Below are positions 40,421 through 50,117 of a stretch of 64,000 nucleotides of DNA, one piece after another. Within the stretch, counting starts at the first letter, position 1; each line of letters starts with the position of its first letter. Under the pieces are notes generated by a model. It was not told the origin of the DNA, searched no databases, and saw nothing but the letters and a program-made list of their open reading frames with translations. A program made the position numbers and the translations under genes. Source of the DNA: Candidatus Marinacidobacterales bacterium (GTDB taxonomy: Bacteria > Acidobacteriota > Vicinamibacteria > Marinacidobacterales > SMYC01); the NCBI GenBank assembly GCA_965237955.1, contig OZ250169.1, positions 4,416,001-4,480,000 on the forward strand, read 5' to 3'.

Positions 40421-41704
40421 GCTCTCCAAAATCTGATCAAATCTGATCAGGCCCAGGTTCCTGCTTCATCGAGGAGCGTTTCACTTCGGCGTATACCGAA
40501 GCCAGAGCGCTCCTCTCCACAGGCTTGAGGTCCGGTTGAGCTCACCGTACTAAAAAGATTCAGCGCTGCGTTCAAGTCTCGATCTCTTTCCGAACCACAC
40601 TCCTCGCATCGAAACTGGCGCTCTGTCAAAGTCAGATCTTTGTTGAGCACGCCGCACTCACAGCACGTTTTCGAAGACGCGAACCAACGGTCGCACACCT
40701 CGACGTGATTGCCGCGAAGCTCCGCCTTGTAGTGGAGCTGGCGGCGAAACTCGTGAAAGCCCATGTCCGCAATCGCTCGCGCCAGGCGCCGATTCGCCAG
40801 CATGCCCTTTACGTTCAGATCCTCAATCGCTATGCCCGCATAGTTTTTCGTCAAGTAGGTCGTGAGTTTATGCAGTGCGTCTTGGCGAACGCAGCGGATT
40901 CTGTAGTGTAGCCGCGCCAGAGCCACACGAGCCTTCTCGCGATTCTTGGTCCCTTTCTGTTTGCGCGACACGCGGCGAGACAAGCGCCTCAGCTTGGAAA
41001 GCTCTCGTCTCAGCGGCTTCGGTCCCGCGATCTGCTCCCCAGTAGACAACGTTGCCAGCCGCAGCACACCCACCGCTGCTTGGCTCTCGCAACGTTCCGG
41101 TGTCTCCTCGAGCTCTACCGATAGGCTCACAAACCACTTGTCCGCCGTTCGAGAAACGACCGCCGAGACCAGCTTGCCTCGAAACCGAAGCTCCTCCCGC
41201 ATCCGTACCCACCCGAGCTTCGGGATCCAAACGCGCTTGCCCGCGAGCTTCACGTGATCGTTGCCAACATAGAAACTGTCGTGCACCCCCTTCCTCTTGA
41301 ACCGTGGATAGCGTGCCCTCTTGGCGAAAAAGTTCCGGAACGCCGACTGGAGATGAAGAAACGGTTGCTGGGCTGCATACTTCGTGACTTCAAACACCCA
41401 AGGAAACTCCTCGCCCTTGATGGCGTTGAACTGTTTCTTGAGAGCCAATCCCGAGGGTTGACCGCCCGCTTCGTATTCTTGCCGCCAGCGCTCGAGAGCC
41501 CAATTCCACACGAAGCGAGCAACACCACAGGCGCACCGTAGGTAGACTTGTTGTTGCGGTGTAGGATCGAGATGTATCTTGTGGCTGAGTGTCGTTGGAC
41601 GTGTGCGGTGCAGCGCTTTCACGGGATGAGTATAAGTAAATGTTAGGAGTATGTCAAGAGATCAAATCTAATCAATCTGATATAAATAGATAGAAACATT
41701 AGCC
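40421..41704 (-). mobile_element. Non-autonomous IS607-family element (tnpB only)
   Basis: Inserted at a CC/GG core; direct ATCTGATCA-like repeats at both ends; no tnpA; TTGACA-17-TATACT promoter at 41657-41629. Confidence 0.82.
40447..41622 (-). CDS. tnpB: TnpB RNA-guided nuclease homolog lacking the RuvC-I Asp
   Basis: ARFVWNWAL, YPRFKRK, IEDLNV, SSKTCCECG, CEECG and DRDLNAALN; RuvC-I reads VGVLRLATL instead of VGVDLG. Confidence 0.92.
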   Translation of the reverse strand: MKALHRTRPTTLSHKIHLDPTPQQQVYLRCACGVARFVWNWALERWRQEYEAGGQPSGLALKKQFNAIKGEEFPWVFEVTKYAAQQPFLHLQSAFRNFFAKRARYPRFKRKGVHDSFYVGNDHVKLAGKRVWIPKLGWVRMREELRFRGKLVSAVVSRTADKWFVSLSVELEETPERCESQAAVGVLRLATLSTGEQIAGPKPLRRELSKLRRLSRRVSRKQKGTKNREKARVALARLHYRIRCVRQDALHKLTTYLTKNYAGIAIEDLNVKGMLANRRLARAIADMGFHEFRRQLHYKAELRGNHVEVCDRWFASSKTCCECGVLNKDLTLTERQFRCEECGSERDRDLNAALNLFSTVSSTGPQACGEERSGFGIRRSETLLDEAGTWA

Positions 41705-42160
41705 CCAAGACGAGCTGGCAGATGCGGATGGACGATGATGGCGAGCCTTCGGGAACGGCCGGCAAGCCCATCCTGAATGTGCTGCAGCACAAGAACGTCG
41801 GCGACATTTTGCTGGTCGTCGCGCGCTATTTCGGGGGCACGAAGCTCGGTGCCGGTGGTCTCGTGCGCGCGTACTCGTCGAGCGCGAGCGGGGTGATGGA
41901 ATGCCTCGAGGTCGTCACCAACACGCCGCTACGAGAGGCCCGGCTGAGACTCGACTATGCCGAGGAGCAACCTGTCCGAAGACTTCTGGAGGAGCTCGAG
42001 GTCACCGTAGGCTCGTCGACGTACGGCGAGCACGTGGAGCTTCTGATTCGTTTCGCCGAGGATCGTTCGCAGGTGCTCGAAGACGCTCTCGCCGAGCGCA
42101 CGAGTGGGCGCGTGAAACTCGTTGCGATATAGTTTCGGTCCGTAAGCAACAGGAGAACCC

Positions 42161-42679
42161 ATGAAGAACTATCTCCCTTTTCTATTCGCGCTCGGCACCG
42201 CTCTCTGCTGGGGTCTTTACGGTCCGACTCTCGGTAAAGCGCGCCTCGTCGACGCCGATCTCTCCCCGTTCAAGCCCTACGTGGGCATCGGGTTCGCCTA
42301 TCTCGTCATCGCGATCGCGGGTGGAATGATCGGGATGTGGTACAAGGGCGACAGTTTTTCGCCGTCCGGTGCTTCGGGTCTGTGGGGCCTCGCAGCAGGA
42401 ACGCTCGGGGCGCTCGGGGCGTTCAGCCTCACGTTGTGCATGTTCAGCGGCGGGGCGCGCATCCCTCATGCGGTCATGCCCGTCGTCTTCGGCGGCGCGG
42501 TCACGATCACTGCTATCTACACGATTCTCGCCTCCGGCGGGCGGCTCCACGCGAGCCGATTGTTGTGGGTCGGCATCGCCGGTATGCTGATCTCGATCGT
42601 CATTATTACGATGAACACGCCACACGCTCCGCCAACGTCGTCGACTCAATCAACCCCCGAAGCTGGACCATCCCCTTGA
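42161..42679 (+). CDS. DMT-like small membrane protein
   Basis: Five hydrophobic helices; CWGLYGP and VMPVVFGGA. Confidence 0.7.
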   Translation: MKNYLPFLFALGTALCWGLYGPTLGKARLVDADLSPFKPYVGIGFAYLVIAIAGGMIGMWYKGDSFSPSGASGLWGLAAGTLGALGAFSLTLCMFSGGARIPHAVMPVVFGGAVTITAIYTILASGGRLHASRLLWVGIAGMLISIVIITMNTPHAPPTSSTQSTPEAGPSP

Positions 42680-43323
42680 CCGAGCCGCGCTACCTGTACT
42701 GCTGGTTCGATACCGAGTACACGACTCTCGAGCTCGAGCGGGCCAAGCTTCTCCAAGTCGCGCTCGTGGTGTCGGACGACCGGCTGAATCCGATCGCGTA
42801 CAAGCCGGACGGCGTCCCTCCCGAGCTCCTGAGAAACGACGGGTTTTCGGCATGCCTCGAGCTGCCACCCCGGGAAGAGATTTCGGACCACGTGTTGGAG
42901 CACTACCAGCCGTTGCTCGAGATGTGCGAGCGAGAAGGCCGAACCGTCGAGGAAGTCGATGCGTACCTGTCGCGCTACCTCGACGGTTTTCCGGAGACCC
43001 GCGACGAGGACATCCGCGTGCGCCCGACTCTCGCCGGCAACAGCATCTATGCCGACTATTTTCTCGCACGCAAGTTTCTTCCTCGGTTTCTGTCCCACTT
43101 GAACTATCGGCTCTTCGACGTCACCACGCTGAAGCTCGAGTGGCTCTTCCACCACCGTGGTCCGAGATTCGAAAAGCTCGGCTATCCCGAGAATATCCGA
43201 AAGTACTACCGCGGCAAGGACAAGATCGCGGGCGACAAACACGACGCCTACTACGATGTCCAAGCGTCAATGGCAGAGCTCGCTTACTACCGATCGCAAT
43301 TCGAAAGAATCGAAGAGGACTGA
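42676..43323 (+). CDS. orn: Oligoribonuclease-like DEDDh exonuclease
   Basis: WFDTEYTTL, LAGNSIYAD, LNYRLFDVTTLK and HDAYYDVQASMAELAYYR. Confidence 0.8.
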   Translation: MTEPRYLYCWFDTEYTTLELERAKLLQVALVVSDDRLNPIAYKPDGVPPELLRNDGFSACLELPPREEISDHVLEHYQPLLEMCEREGRTVEEVDAYLSRYLDGFPETRDEDIRVRPTLAGNSIYADYFLARKFLPRFLSHLNYRLFDVTTLKLEWLFHHRGPRFEKLGYPENIRKYYRGKDKIAGDKHDAYYDVQASMAELAYYRSQFERIEED

Positions 43324-43331
43324 GGATTAAC

Positions 43332-44718
43332 ATGAACTTCGTCGAGGCGCCGAGCGAGGCGTCCATACCGCTTCGCCCGCTACGGCGGGACGAGCTGACC
43401 ACGTGGCTTGCCGACCAGCCCGAAAGCGTAACCCGCTGGGTCGTATCGACCGGCTTCGAAGCCAAGCCGGGTACGACGTGTCTCGTGCCCGGAAACGACG
43501 GCGCCATCCGCGAGGTCCTCGCGGGCGTCGGCGAGACGTTATGGGATTGGGCGGGCCTTCCTATTGAGCTTCCCACGCACGCGTATCATGTCGTCGGCGA
43601 GCTTACCGACGGGCAAGCAAACCACGCCGCACTCGGGTGGGCGCTCGGAACGTATCGATTCGATCGCCTCAAACAAAGTGAAGACAAAAGCCACGCCGTG
43701 TTGGCATGGCCGGAGGGTTGCGACCGACAGAAGGTCGCCTCCGCCGCACGCGCGACGTTCCTCGTCCGGGATCTAATCAACGCACCCGCGTCGGACATGG
43801 GTCCGGCGGACCTCGCGGAATCGGGCAACAAAACGGCTGAAGCTCACGGCGCGACCGTTCGGCTCCTCGTCGGGGCCGAGCTCCTCGAGAAGGGTTTTCC
43901 CGCCGTTCATGCGGTCGGCCGTGCCGCCGCGCCTGAGCGCGCGCCTCGTCTCATCGACCTCACCTGGGGTGAGCCATCGCATCCGAAAGTCCACTCTCGT
44001 CGGTAAAGGCGTCTGTTTCGACAGCGGCGGGCTCGATCTCAAGTCGGCGGCGCACATGAAGCTGATGAAGAAGGACATGGGCGGTGGCGCACACGTCCTC
44101 GGTGTCGCGAGCATGATCATGGACGCCAAGTTGCCGGTACGCCTGCGGGTCATCATTCCCGCGGTCGAGAACAGCGTCTCCGGTTCAGCGCTTCGCCCGC
44201 TCGACGTCGTCCCCACGCGGAAAGGTACGACCATCGAGATCGGCAACACCGACGCCGAAGGCCGGGTGATCCTCGCCGACGCACTCACCGAAGCGTCGGG
44301 GGATGCGCCCGAGCTTCTCGTCGACTTCGCGACTCTAACCGGCGCTGCGCGCATCGCCTTGGGCGCCGAGCTTCCCGCGCTCTACTCGAGCGACGACGAA
44401 ACAGCAGCGGCACTTCTCGTCCACGGCGAGCGAGAATCCGATCCTCTGTGGCGGATGCCGTTGTACAAACCTTATCGGAAGCTCATCGACGGAAAAGTCG
44501 CCGACATCACCAACTCTGCAGACACTCCACTCGGCGGTTCGATCAATGCCGCACTGTTTCTTCAGGAGTTCGTCGAGCCCGACATCCCTTGGGTCCACAT
44601 CGACGTCATGGCCTGGAACACGAGCTCTCGTCCGGGACGCCCCGAGGGTGGAGAAGCGATGGGAATGCGCGCGGTCTACGCCCTGATTAGCGAGAAGTTT
44701 GGCGAGAAGTTTTCTTGA
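43332..44718 (+). pseudogene. M17 leucyl aminopeptidase with a single +1 frameshift (could be a sequencing error)
   Basis: RDLINAPASDMGP...WGEPSHPKV, extra C near 43992, then TLVGKGVCFDSGG, MKKDMGG, NTDAEGR and ATLTGA. Confidence 0.85.
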
Positions 44719-45970
44719 ACATCGACTTCAACCGCGACACCACGCCCGGCTCTTGAAGCTTTTGTCGCGCCCGCTCGTGATTGGGCTCGAGCGATAGAAC
44801 TTTCTCGAACGCGGCCCTCGCTTCCGGCTCGCGACCTTCCTGCTCGTAGACCTCTCCGAGCAGGTAGTACGTTTTGTCGTCGTATTCGTCGAGACTCGTG
44901 GCCTGTTCGAGGTGCTCGATGGCCGAGCTTCTCCACTTCGGGTTGCGCGCGTATGCTTGGCCCAGAAGCTGATGGTGCGACGCTTGGGTACCGTCGAGCC
45001 GGACCGCTTCCATCAATGCGCCTATAGCCTCGTGATACTTCCGTCGCGAAAAGAGTCGCCGACCTTCCTGGTAGCGCTGCTCCGCGGCCTCGCGTTTGTC
45101 TTCCGCCGACGTCTCCTTGTGGGACTCCGGAGCTCGAGCATCGGCGGGTTCCGTCTCGGCCACTCGTGGCGGCGGGACTGTCAGTAGCGGCGCCGGCGGC
45201 GTCTCAGGAATTGGTTTGTGTACTTCGAGGGGCTCGGGCTTCGCCTCAACGACGCCGATAGCCAAAAGCGCACAAATACTTCTGAGCGTCTCGACTTCGC
45301 CCAAGGGCGAGACCGACAGAATGTCCAGGATGTTGGTTCGCCCGTCCACGCGCGACAGCACGAAGCCTTCTGCTGCATTCACGTTGGCACTCTCGCTCGT
45401 CGACCCCGCATGCAGGTAGTCGGTCATGGCACCGACACCGATTTGAAGCGCAATGGGATCCTCCATCGATCGGATCCCGTCGACGATGATCTCGCGCATC
45501 GGGAGATCGAGAGTCAGATCCTGTTCCACCGGGTCTTCGGTCTCTTCGAAACGGTATTGTCCTCGATCGAGCGAGAACAAGAACGTGACGATCGACCGCA
45601 CTTGACGTTCGACGGCCGCGAGAAGCTCGTCTTCGCTCAGCGCCTCGAGATCGATGAGGCATTCACCGAAACGTTTGCCCGAGGATTCCTGTGCTTGACG
45701 CGCCTCTTTGAGCGTCGCCAAATCGACGAGACCTTCGGCACGGAGCAACTGGTCGAGCCGATCTCCGGTTCGATCGGAGCCCGCGAACACGACGGCCCCC
45801 CACTGGAAGCGAACCCGCCGCTCGGAGCCGCACGCGCGGATGTGGAGTGTCCCGGTTCGTCGCTCCTCGTGCAGCTTCCGGATGAGCGCAGGGAGAGTCC
45901 CCAGTCCAAGCTCGCCTTGAACGGCCTCTCGTTGATCCACGGGAACAGAATCCAAAGGGCACCTCTCCAC
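44687..45970 (-). CDS. DUF4388-like domain plus C-terminal TPR protein
   Basis: QGEL, RRTGTL, RLDQLL, RFGECL and TPRs with NPKWR; paralogous to 33391-35118. Confidence 0.72.
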   Translation of the reverse strand: MERCPLDSVPVDQREAVQGELGLGTLPALIRKLHEERRTGTLHIRACGSERRVRFQWGAVVFAGSDRTGDRLDQLLRAEGLVDLATLKEARQAQESSGKRFGECLIDLEALSEDELLAAVERQVRSIVTFLFSLDRGQYRFEETEDPVEQDLTLDLPMREIIVDGIRSMEDPIALQIGVGAMTDYLHAGSTSESANVNAAEGFVLSRVDGRTNILDILSVSPLGEVETLRSICALLAIGVVEAKPEPLEVHKPIPETPPAPLLTVPPPRVAETEPADARAPESHKETSAEDKREAAEQRYQEGRRLFSRRKYHEAIGALMEAVRLDGTQASHHQLLGQAYARNPKWRSSAIEHLEQATSLDEYDDKTYYLLGEVYEQEGREPEARAAFEKVLSLEPNHERARQKLQEPGVVSRLKSMFKKTSRQTSR

Positions 45971-46250
45971 CCACGAGTTGATGCAAAGAGAACGCCAATC
46001 TTCTGTTGGGCCGAAGCCGTTGCCAGCAAGGAAGTTCTCGGTTTGCCACCTCGACGCGATGTCGGGAATCCCCTACAGCGCGGGTGACGCGTGACGGCGG
46101 GGGAGGCTTAGCGGATGACGCGGGAGAGTCGGAGGAGCTCCGAGGAGCCCCCGGCATGGATGTCAAACGTTTTCTGTGGTTTCGACCGAAGGCTCGCGCG
46201 GACGTGGGTGAAAAAGCCTACGCTTCACGAGCGCGATCGATTCAAAAAGT

Positions 46251-47216
46251 CTACTTCGAGAGGACTTTCGTCAACGTTTCGAGGCTGACTTTCTTGCCGC
46301 TCACGACCAGCACCACGGTCTGATCACGATAGCGCGTGGGATCTTCGAGATAGGCAGCTATCGAAAGCGCCGCCGCTCCTTCGATGAGCGTGTAGTGCTT
46401 GTCGATCATGAAACGCATTGCCTCAGCAATCGCGTCTTCGCCGAGCAGAGCGAACTCGTCCACGACGCGCTGGCAGATAGGAAACGTGATCGCGTCGGGC
46501 TCGAGGCCGCCGGCCGTCCCGTCGGACAGCGTCGGCTCGGAGTCGAGCTCGAGAATCTTGCCGGCTTTGACCGACTCCGCCATGACACGGGATCTCTCCG
46601 GTTGGCACCCCACGACGTGGATGGACGCATCGCGGGCTTTCAGATACCCGGCGATCCCCGCAATCAACCCGCCGCCTCCCACCGGAACGAAGATCGTGTT
46701 GATCGGATCCCCTTGCCGCTCGATCTCGAGCGCAATCGTACCTTGACCACCGATAATCTTCGCGTCGCTGTACGGAGATACGTACGTCCAACCTTCTTCG
46801 GCGGCCGCCTTCTTCGCTACCAGCTCCCCGACAACAGAGTCTTGGCCGACGAAGCGGAGCTCGACGTCATAGGGCGATAGCGCGTCGACTTTGGCCTTCG
46901 CGACGTTCTCGGGAAGATAAATAATGCCTTGACCGCCGAAACCATCGAGCGTGTACGCGACCGCGGCCGCGTGATTTCCCGACGACGCCGTCACCACGGG
47001 CCGGGCTCGATCTTCCGAGCTCAGAGAAAGGATCTTGTTCATCGCACCGCGGAGCTTGAAGGAGCCCGAGAGCTGCTGGTTTTCGAGCTTGAGATAGACG
47101 TCGGCGCCACCGAGCTCGCTCAAAAACGGCGAGTGCTCGAGTGGCGTCTCTCGAACATAGGGTCGGATCGTCGCTTCTGCGGCCTGAACTTCCGCTACGA
47201 TCTCCGCGTCGCGCAT
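46251..47216 (-). CDS. PLP-dependent threonine/serine dehydratase family protein
   Basis: KLENQQLSGSFKLRGA, SSGNH, GQGT and PVGGGGLI. Confidence 0.92.
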   Translation of the reverse strand: MRDAEIVAEVQAAEATIRPYVRETPLEHSPFLSELGGADVYLKLENQQLSGSFKLRGAMNKILSLSSEDRARPVVTASSGNHAAAVAYTLDGFGGQGIIYLPENVAKAKVDALSPYDVELRFVGQDSVVGELVAKKAAAEEGWTYVSPYSDAKIIGGQGTIALEIERQGDPINTIFVPVGGGGLIAGIAGYLKARDASIHVVGCQPERSRVMAESVKAGKILELDSEPTLSDGTAGGLEPDAITFPICQRVVDEFALLGEDAIAEAMRFMIDKHYTLIEGAAALSIAAYLEDPTRYRDQTVVLVVSGKKVSLETLTKVLSK

Positions 47217-47261
47217 GCTCCCTATTCTATAATGTGGGGTTCTACAAAGGAGGCAGACGAC

Positions 47262-48902
47262 GTGTCGAACGCGATTCTCAATGTACCCGAGCCGAAGAAC
47301 GAGCCGGTGTCGAGCTATGCGCCCGGAACTCCGGAGCGGAAGACGCTCCAGGCTCAAATCAAGGATATGCTTGGAAACGAGATCGAGATCCCGATCATCG
47401 TCGGCGGTAAGGAAATCCGTACCGGCGATCTAGGCGATTGCGTGTGCCCGCACGACCACGCGCATGTTCTCGGCCACTACCACAAGGCAACGACCGAAAT
47501 CGTCGAGCAAGCCGCGCAAGCGGCCGCGGATGCGTGGCACGACTGGTCGGTGATGGATTGGCGTGCGCGTGCCAGCGTGTTTCTGAGAATGGCCGAGCTC
47601 CTTGCCGGCAAGTACCGTCCGATCGTCAACGCCGCGACGATGCTTGGTCAGTCCAAGACACCGCACCAGGCCGAGATCGATGCCGCTGCCGAGCTCGTCG
47701 ACTTCTACCGCTTCAACGCGAGTTACTTGCAGGACATCTACTCGGGGCAGCCGCTCTCGGACGAGGGGATGTGGAACTACGTCGAGTACCGTGCCCTCGA
47801 AGGCTTCGTGTTCGCGGTCACCCCGTTCAACTTCACATCGATCGCTGGAAACCTCCCGACGAGCCCCGCCATCATGGGGAACACCGTTTTGTGGAAGCCG
47901 GCGTCGAGCGCAGTCTTTTCCGCGCACTACCTCATGGAGCTTTTCAAAGAAGCCGGCCTTCCCGACGGCGTCGTCAATTTCATCCCGGGCTCGGGCGGTA
48001 AAGTCGGAGCTCCGGTCATGGCGCTTCCCACGCTCGCCGGCATCCACTTCACCGGCTCGACCGAAGTCTTCCAGAGCATGTGGGCCACGGTCGGCAACAA
48101 CATCAAAGACTACAAAGTCTACCCGCGTATCGTAGGCGAGACCGGCGGCAAGAACTACGTCTTCGCTCACCCCTCTGCGAGCGTAGACGCGCTCGTCACG
48201 AATACGCTCCGGGGTGCGTTCGAGTATCAGGGACAGAAGTGCTCCGCCGCTTCGCGCGCGTACATTCCCGAGAGCTTGTGGCCCGAGTTCAAGGATCGGT
48301 TCGTGGCGCAAGTCGACACCATCAAGATGGGCGATGTGACCGACTTTTCCACGTTCATGGGTGCCGTCATCGACAAGGCGGCGTTCGACAGCATCACCGA
48401 GTTCGTCGACTACGCCAAGGACTCCCCCGACGCAGAATTCCTCACCGGTGGAAGCTACGACAGCTCCAAAGGCTATTTCATCGAGCCCACCGCGGTCGTC
48501 ACCGGTGATCCGCACTTCAGGCTCATGGAAGAGGAGATCTTCGGTCCGGTGGTCACGATGTACGTCTATCCCGACGACAAGTTCGAAGAAACCCTCGAGG
48601 TTTGTAACAACACGTCGCCGTACGGGTTGACGGGCGCCATCTTCGCGAACGATCGAGCCGCGATCGAGACCGCATTCCGCGTACTCCGGCACACCGCGGG
48701 TAACTTCTACATCAACGACAAACCCACCGGCGCCGTCGTCGGTCAGCAGCCGTTCGGGGGTAGCCGTGCATCGGGAACCAACGACAAGGCAGGCTCCGCG
48801 GGCAACTTGATGCGATGGACGAGCATGCGCACCGTGAAAGAGACTTTCGTACCGGCGACCGACTATCGTTATCCGTACATGGGAGGGTTCGAAATCAAGT
48901 GA
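47262..48902 (+). CDS. pruA: L-glutamate gamma-semialdehyde (P5C) dehydrogenase
   Basis: NEPVSSYAPG, PFNFTSI, FTGST, GETGGK, FEYQGQKCSA, EEIFGP and QPFGGSRASGTNDK. Confidence 0.95.
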   Translation: MSNAILNVPEPKNEPVSSYAPGTPERKTLQAQIKDMLGNEIEIPIIVGGKEIRTGDLGDCVCPHDHAHVLGHYHKATTEIVEQAAQAAADAWHDWSVMDWRARASVFLRMAELLAGKYRPIVNAATMLGQSKTPHQAEIDAAAELVDFYRFNASYLQDIYSGQPLSDEGMWNYVEYRALEGFVFAVTPFNFTSIAGNLPTSPAIMGNTVLWKPASSAVFSAHYLMELFKEAGLPDGVVNFIPGSGGKVGAPVMALPTLAGIHFTGSTEVFQSMWATVGNNIKDYKVYPRIVGETGGKNYVFAHPSASVDALVTNTLRGAFEYQGQKCSAASRAYIPESLWPEFKDRFVAQVDTIKMGDVTDFSTFMGAVIDKAAFDSITEFVDYAKDSPDAEFLTGGSYDSSKGYFIEPTAVVTGDPHFRLMEEEIFGPVVTMYVYPDDKFEETLEVCNNTSPYGLTGAIFANDRAAIETAFRVLRHTAGNFYINDKPTGAVVGQQPFGGSRASGTNDKAGSAGNLMRWTSMRTVKETFVPATDYRYPYMGGFEIK

Positions 48903-50117
48903 CGAGCTGGCGTTTTTGGAACTCGGGGCGGCGGAAGGCTTCGGCCTCGAGAATCTCTCTCAGTATCTCGACTCCGTCCCAAACGTCGGTGAAGCGGAGA
49001 TAGAGCGGGGTAAAGCCGAAACGGAGGACGTCGGGCGCTCGAAAGTCGCCGATCACGCCGCGGGCGATGAGCGCCTGCATGATCGGGTAGCTCTCGGCAT
49101 GATGGAGCGAGACTTGAGAGCCGCGCTTTTCGCTGTCTCGCGGACATGCGGGGCTCAGCCCCAAGCCGTTGCACTGCTCGTCGACGAGCTGAAGAAACAG
49201 GTCGCCCATGCGCTGTGACTTCTCGCGCACGCGGCTGAGATCGGCGCGCGTCAGGATCTCGACGCCGACTTCGAGCGCGGCCATTGCGAGGACGGACGGC
49301 GTGCCGCAGAGCTGGCGCTCGATGCCCGGCGCCGGACGGTAGTCGGTATCGAACGCGAACGGGGCCTCGTGTCCCATCCAACCACTCAGCGGTGGGTGGA
49401 TGTTGTTTTGATGTCGTTCGGCGACGAAGAGATACGCCGGAGCTCCCGGGCCTCCGTTGAGATATTTGTAACCACAGCCGACCGCGAAATCCGCATTCGC
49501 TTCGTCGAGATGCACCGGGACAGCTCCGGCGCTGTGGCTCAGATCCCAAAGCACGGTAGCGCCCTCACCGTGATTCCGGCCATGTCGTGAAGTTCACCGC
49601 TTCGGAAATCGACGTGTGTCAGCAACACCACCGCTACGTCGGCATCGATGGCCGCTTCGAGCTCCGAGCGCTCCACCAGGCGAAGCTCGTGGGTTCCGAG
49701 AAGCTCGACGAGACCTTGAGCGATATAGAGGTCGGTCGGAAAATTCTCTTTCTCAGAAACGACGACGCGGCGCTCGGGAGCGAGCTTGACGCCCGCTGCG
49801 AGAAGCTTGAACAGATTGACCGACGTCGTGTCGGCGGCGACGACTTCCCCGGGCTTGGCGCCGATGAGAGATGCAATTTGGTCACCGACCCGCCGCGGGT
49901 AGTGAATCCACCCGTGCGCGTTCCAGCTCCGAATGAGGTCCCGGCCCCACTCATCCTCCACGAGCTTGCGCACCCGTTCAGGCGTTTTCCTCGGAAGAGC
50001 TCCGAGCGAGTTGCCATCGAAGTAGACGATGTCGTCGGGCACATGAAACTCGTCGCGGAAGGACCGAAGCGGATCGGTCGCATCCCAGGACTCGACATCA
50101 GCGCGTGCAACCGTCAT
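48895..50117 (-). pseudogene. kynU: Kynureninase broken by a small frameshifting deletion near 49565
   Basis: YFDGNSLG, TSVNLFK and NFPTDLY in one frame; WDLSHSAG, GCGYKYLNGGPG and RFGFTPLY in another. Confidence 0.87.

Larger units (their letters stand above)
40242..42132 (+). pseudogene. yigZ: YigZ/IMPACT-family gene disrupted by an IS607 derivative and a 5' frameshift
   Basis: EIKKSRFIG and DATHHCWAY (to 40419) resume as PKTSWQMRMDDDGEPSGTAG...RYFGGTKLGAGGLVRAY from 41704; extra base near 40257. Confidence 0.9.

Noticed and set aside
40428-40450. Tandem ATCTGATCA repeats beside a Cas12-like protein, as a possible CRISPR array
   Set aside because: Only two 9-10 bp units without spacers; they fit IS607 end repeats.
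43985-43998. Programmed frameshift in the aminopeptidase
   Set aside because: No slippery sequence; a single duplicated base like those at 4900 and 40257 is better explained as mutation or sequencing error.
45975-46250. GC-rich intergenic stretch as a possible riboswitch or ncRNA
   Set aside because: No conserved motif recognised; an Infernal/Rfam scan would be needed.
47430-48692. 420-aa minus-strand ORF
   Set aside because: Antisense shadow of pruA.
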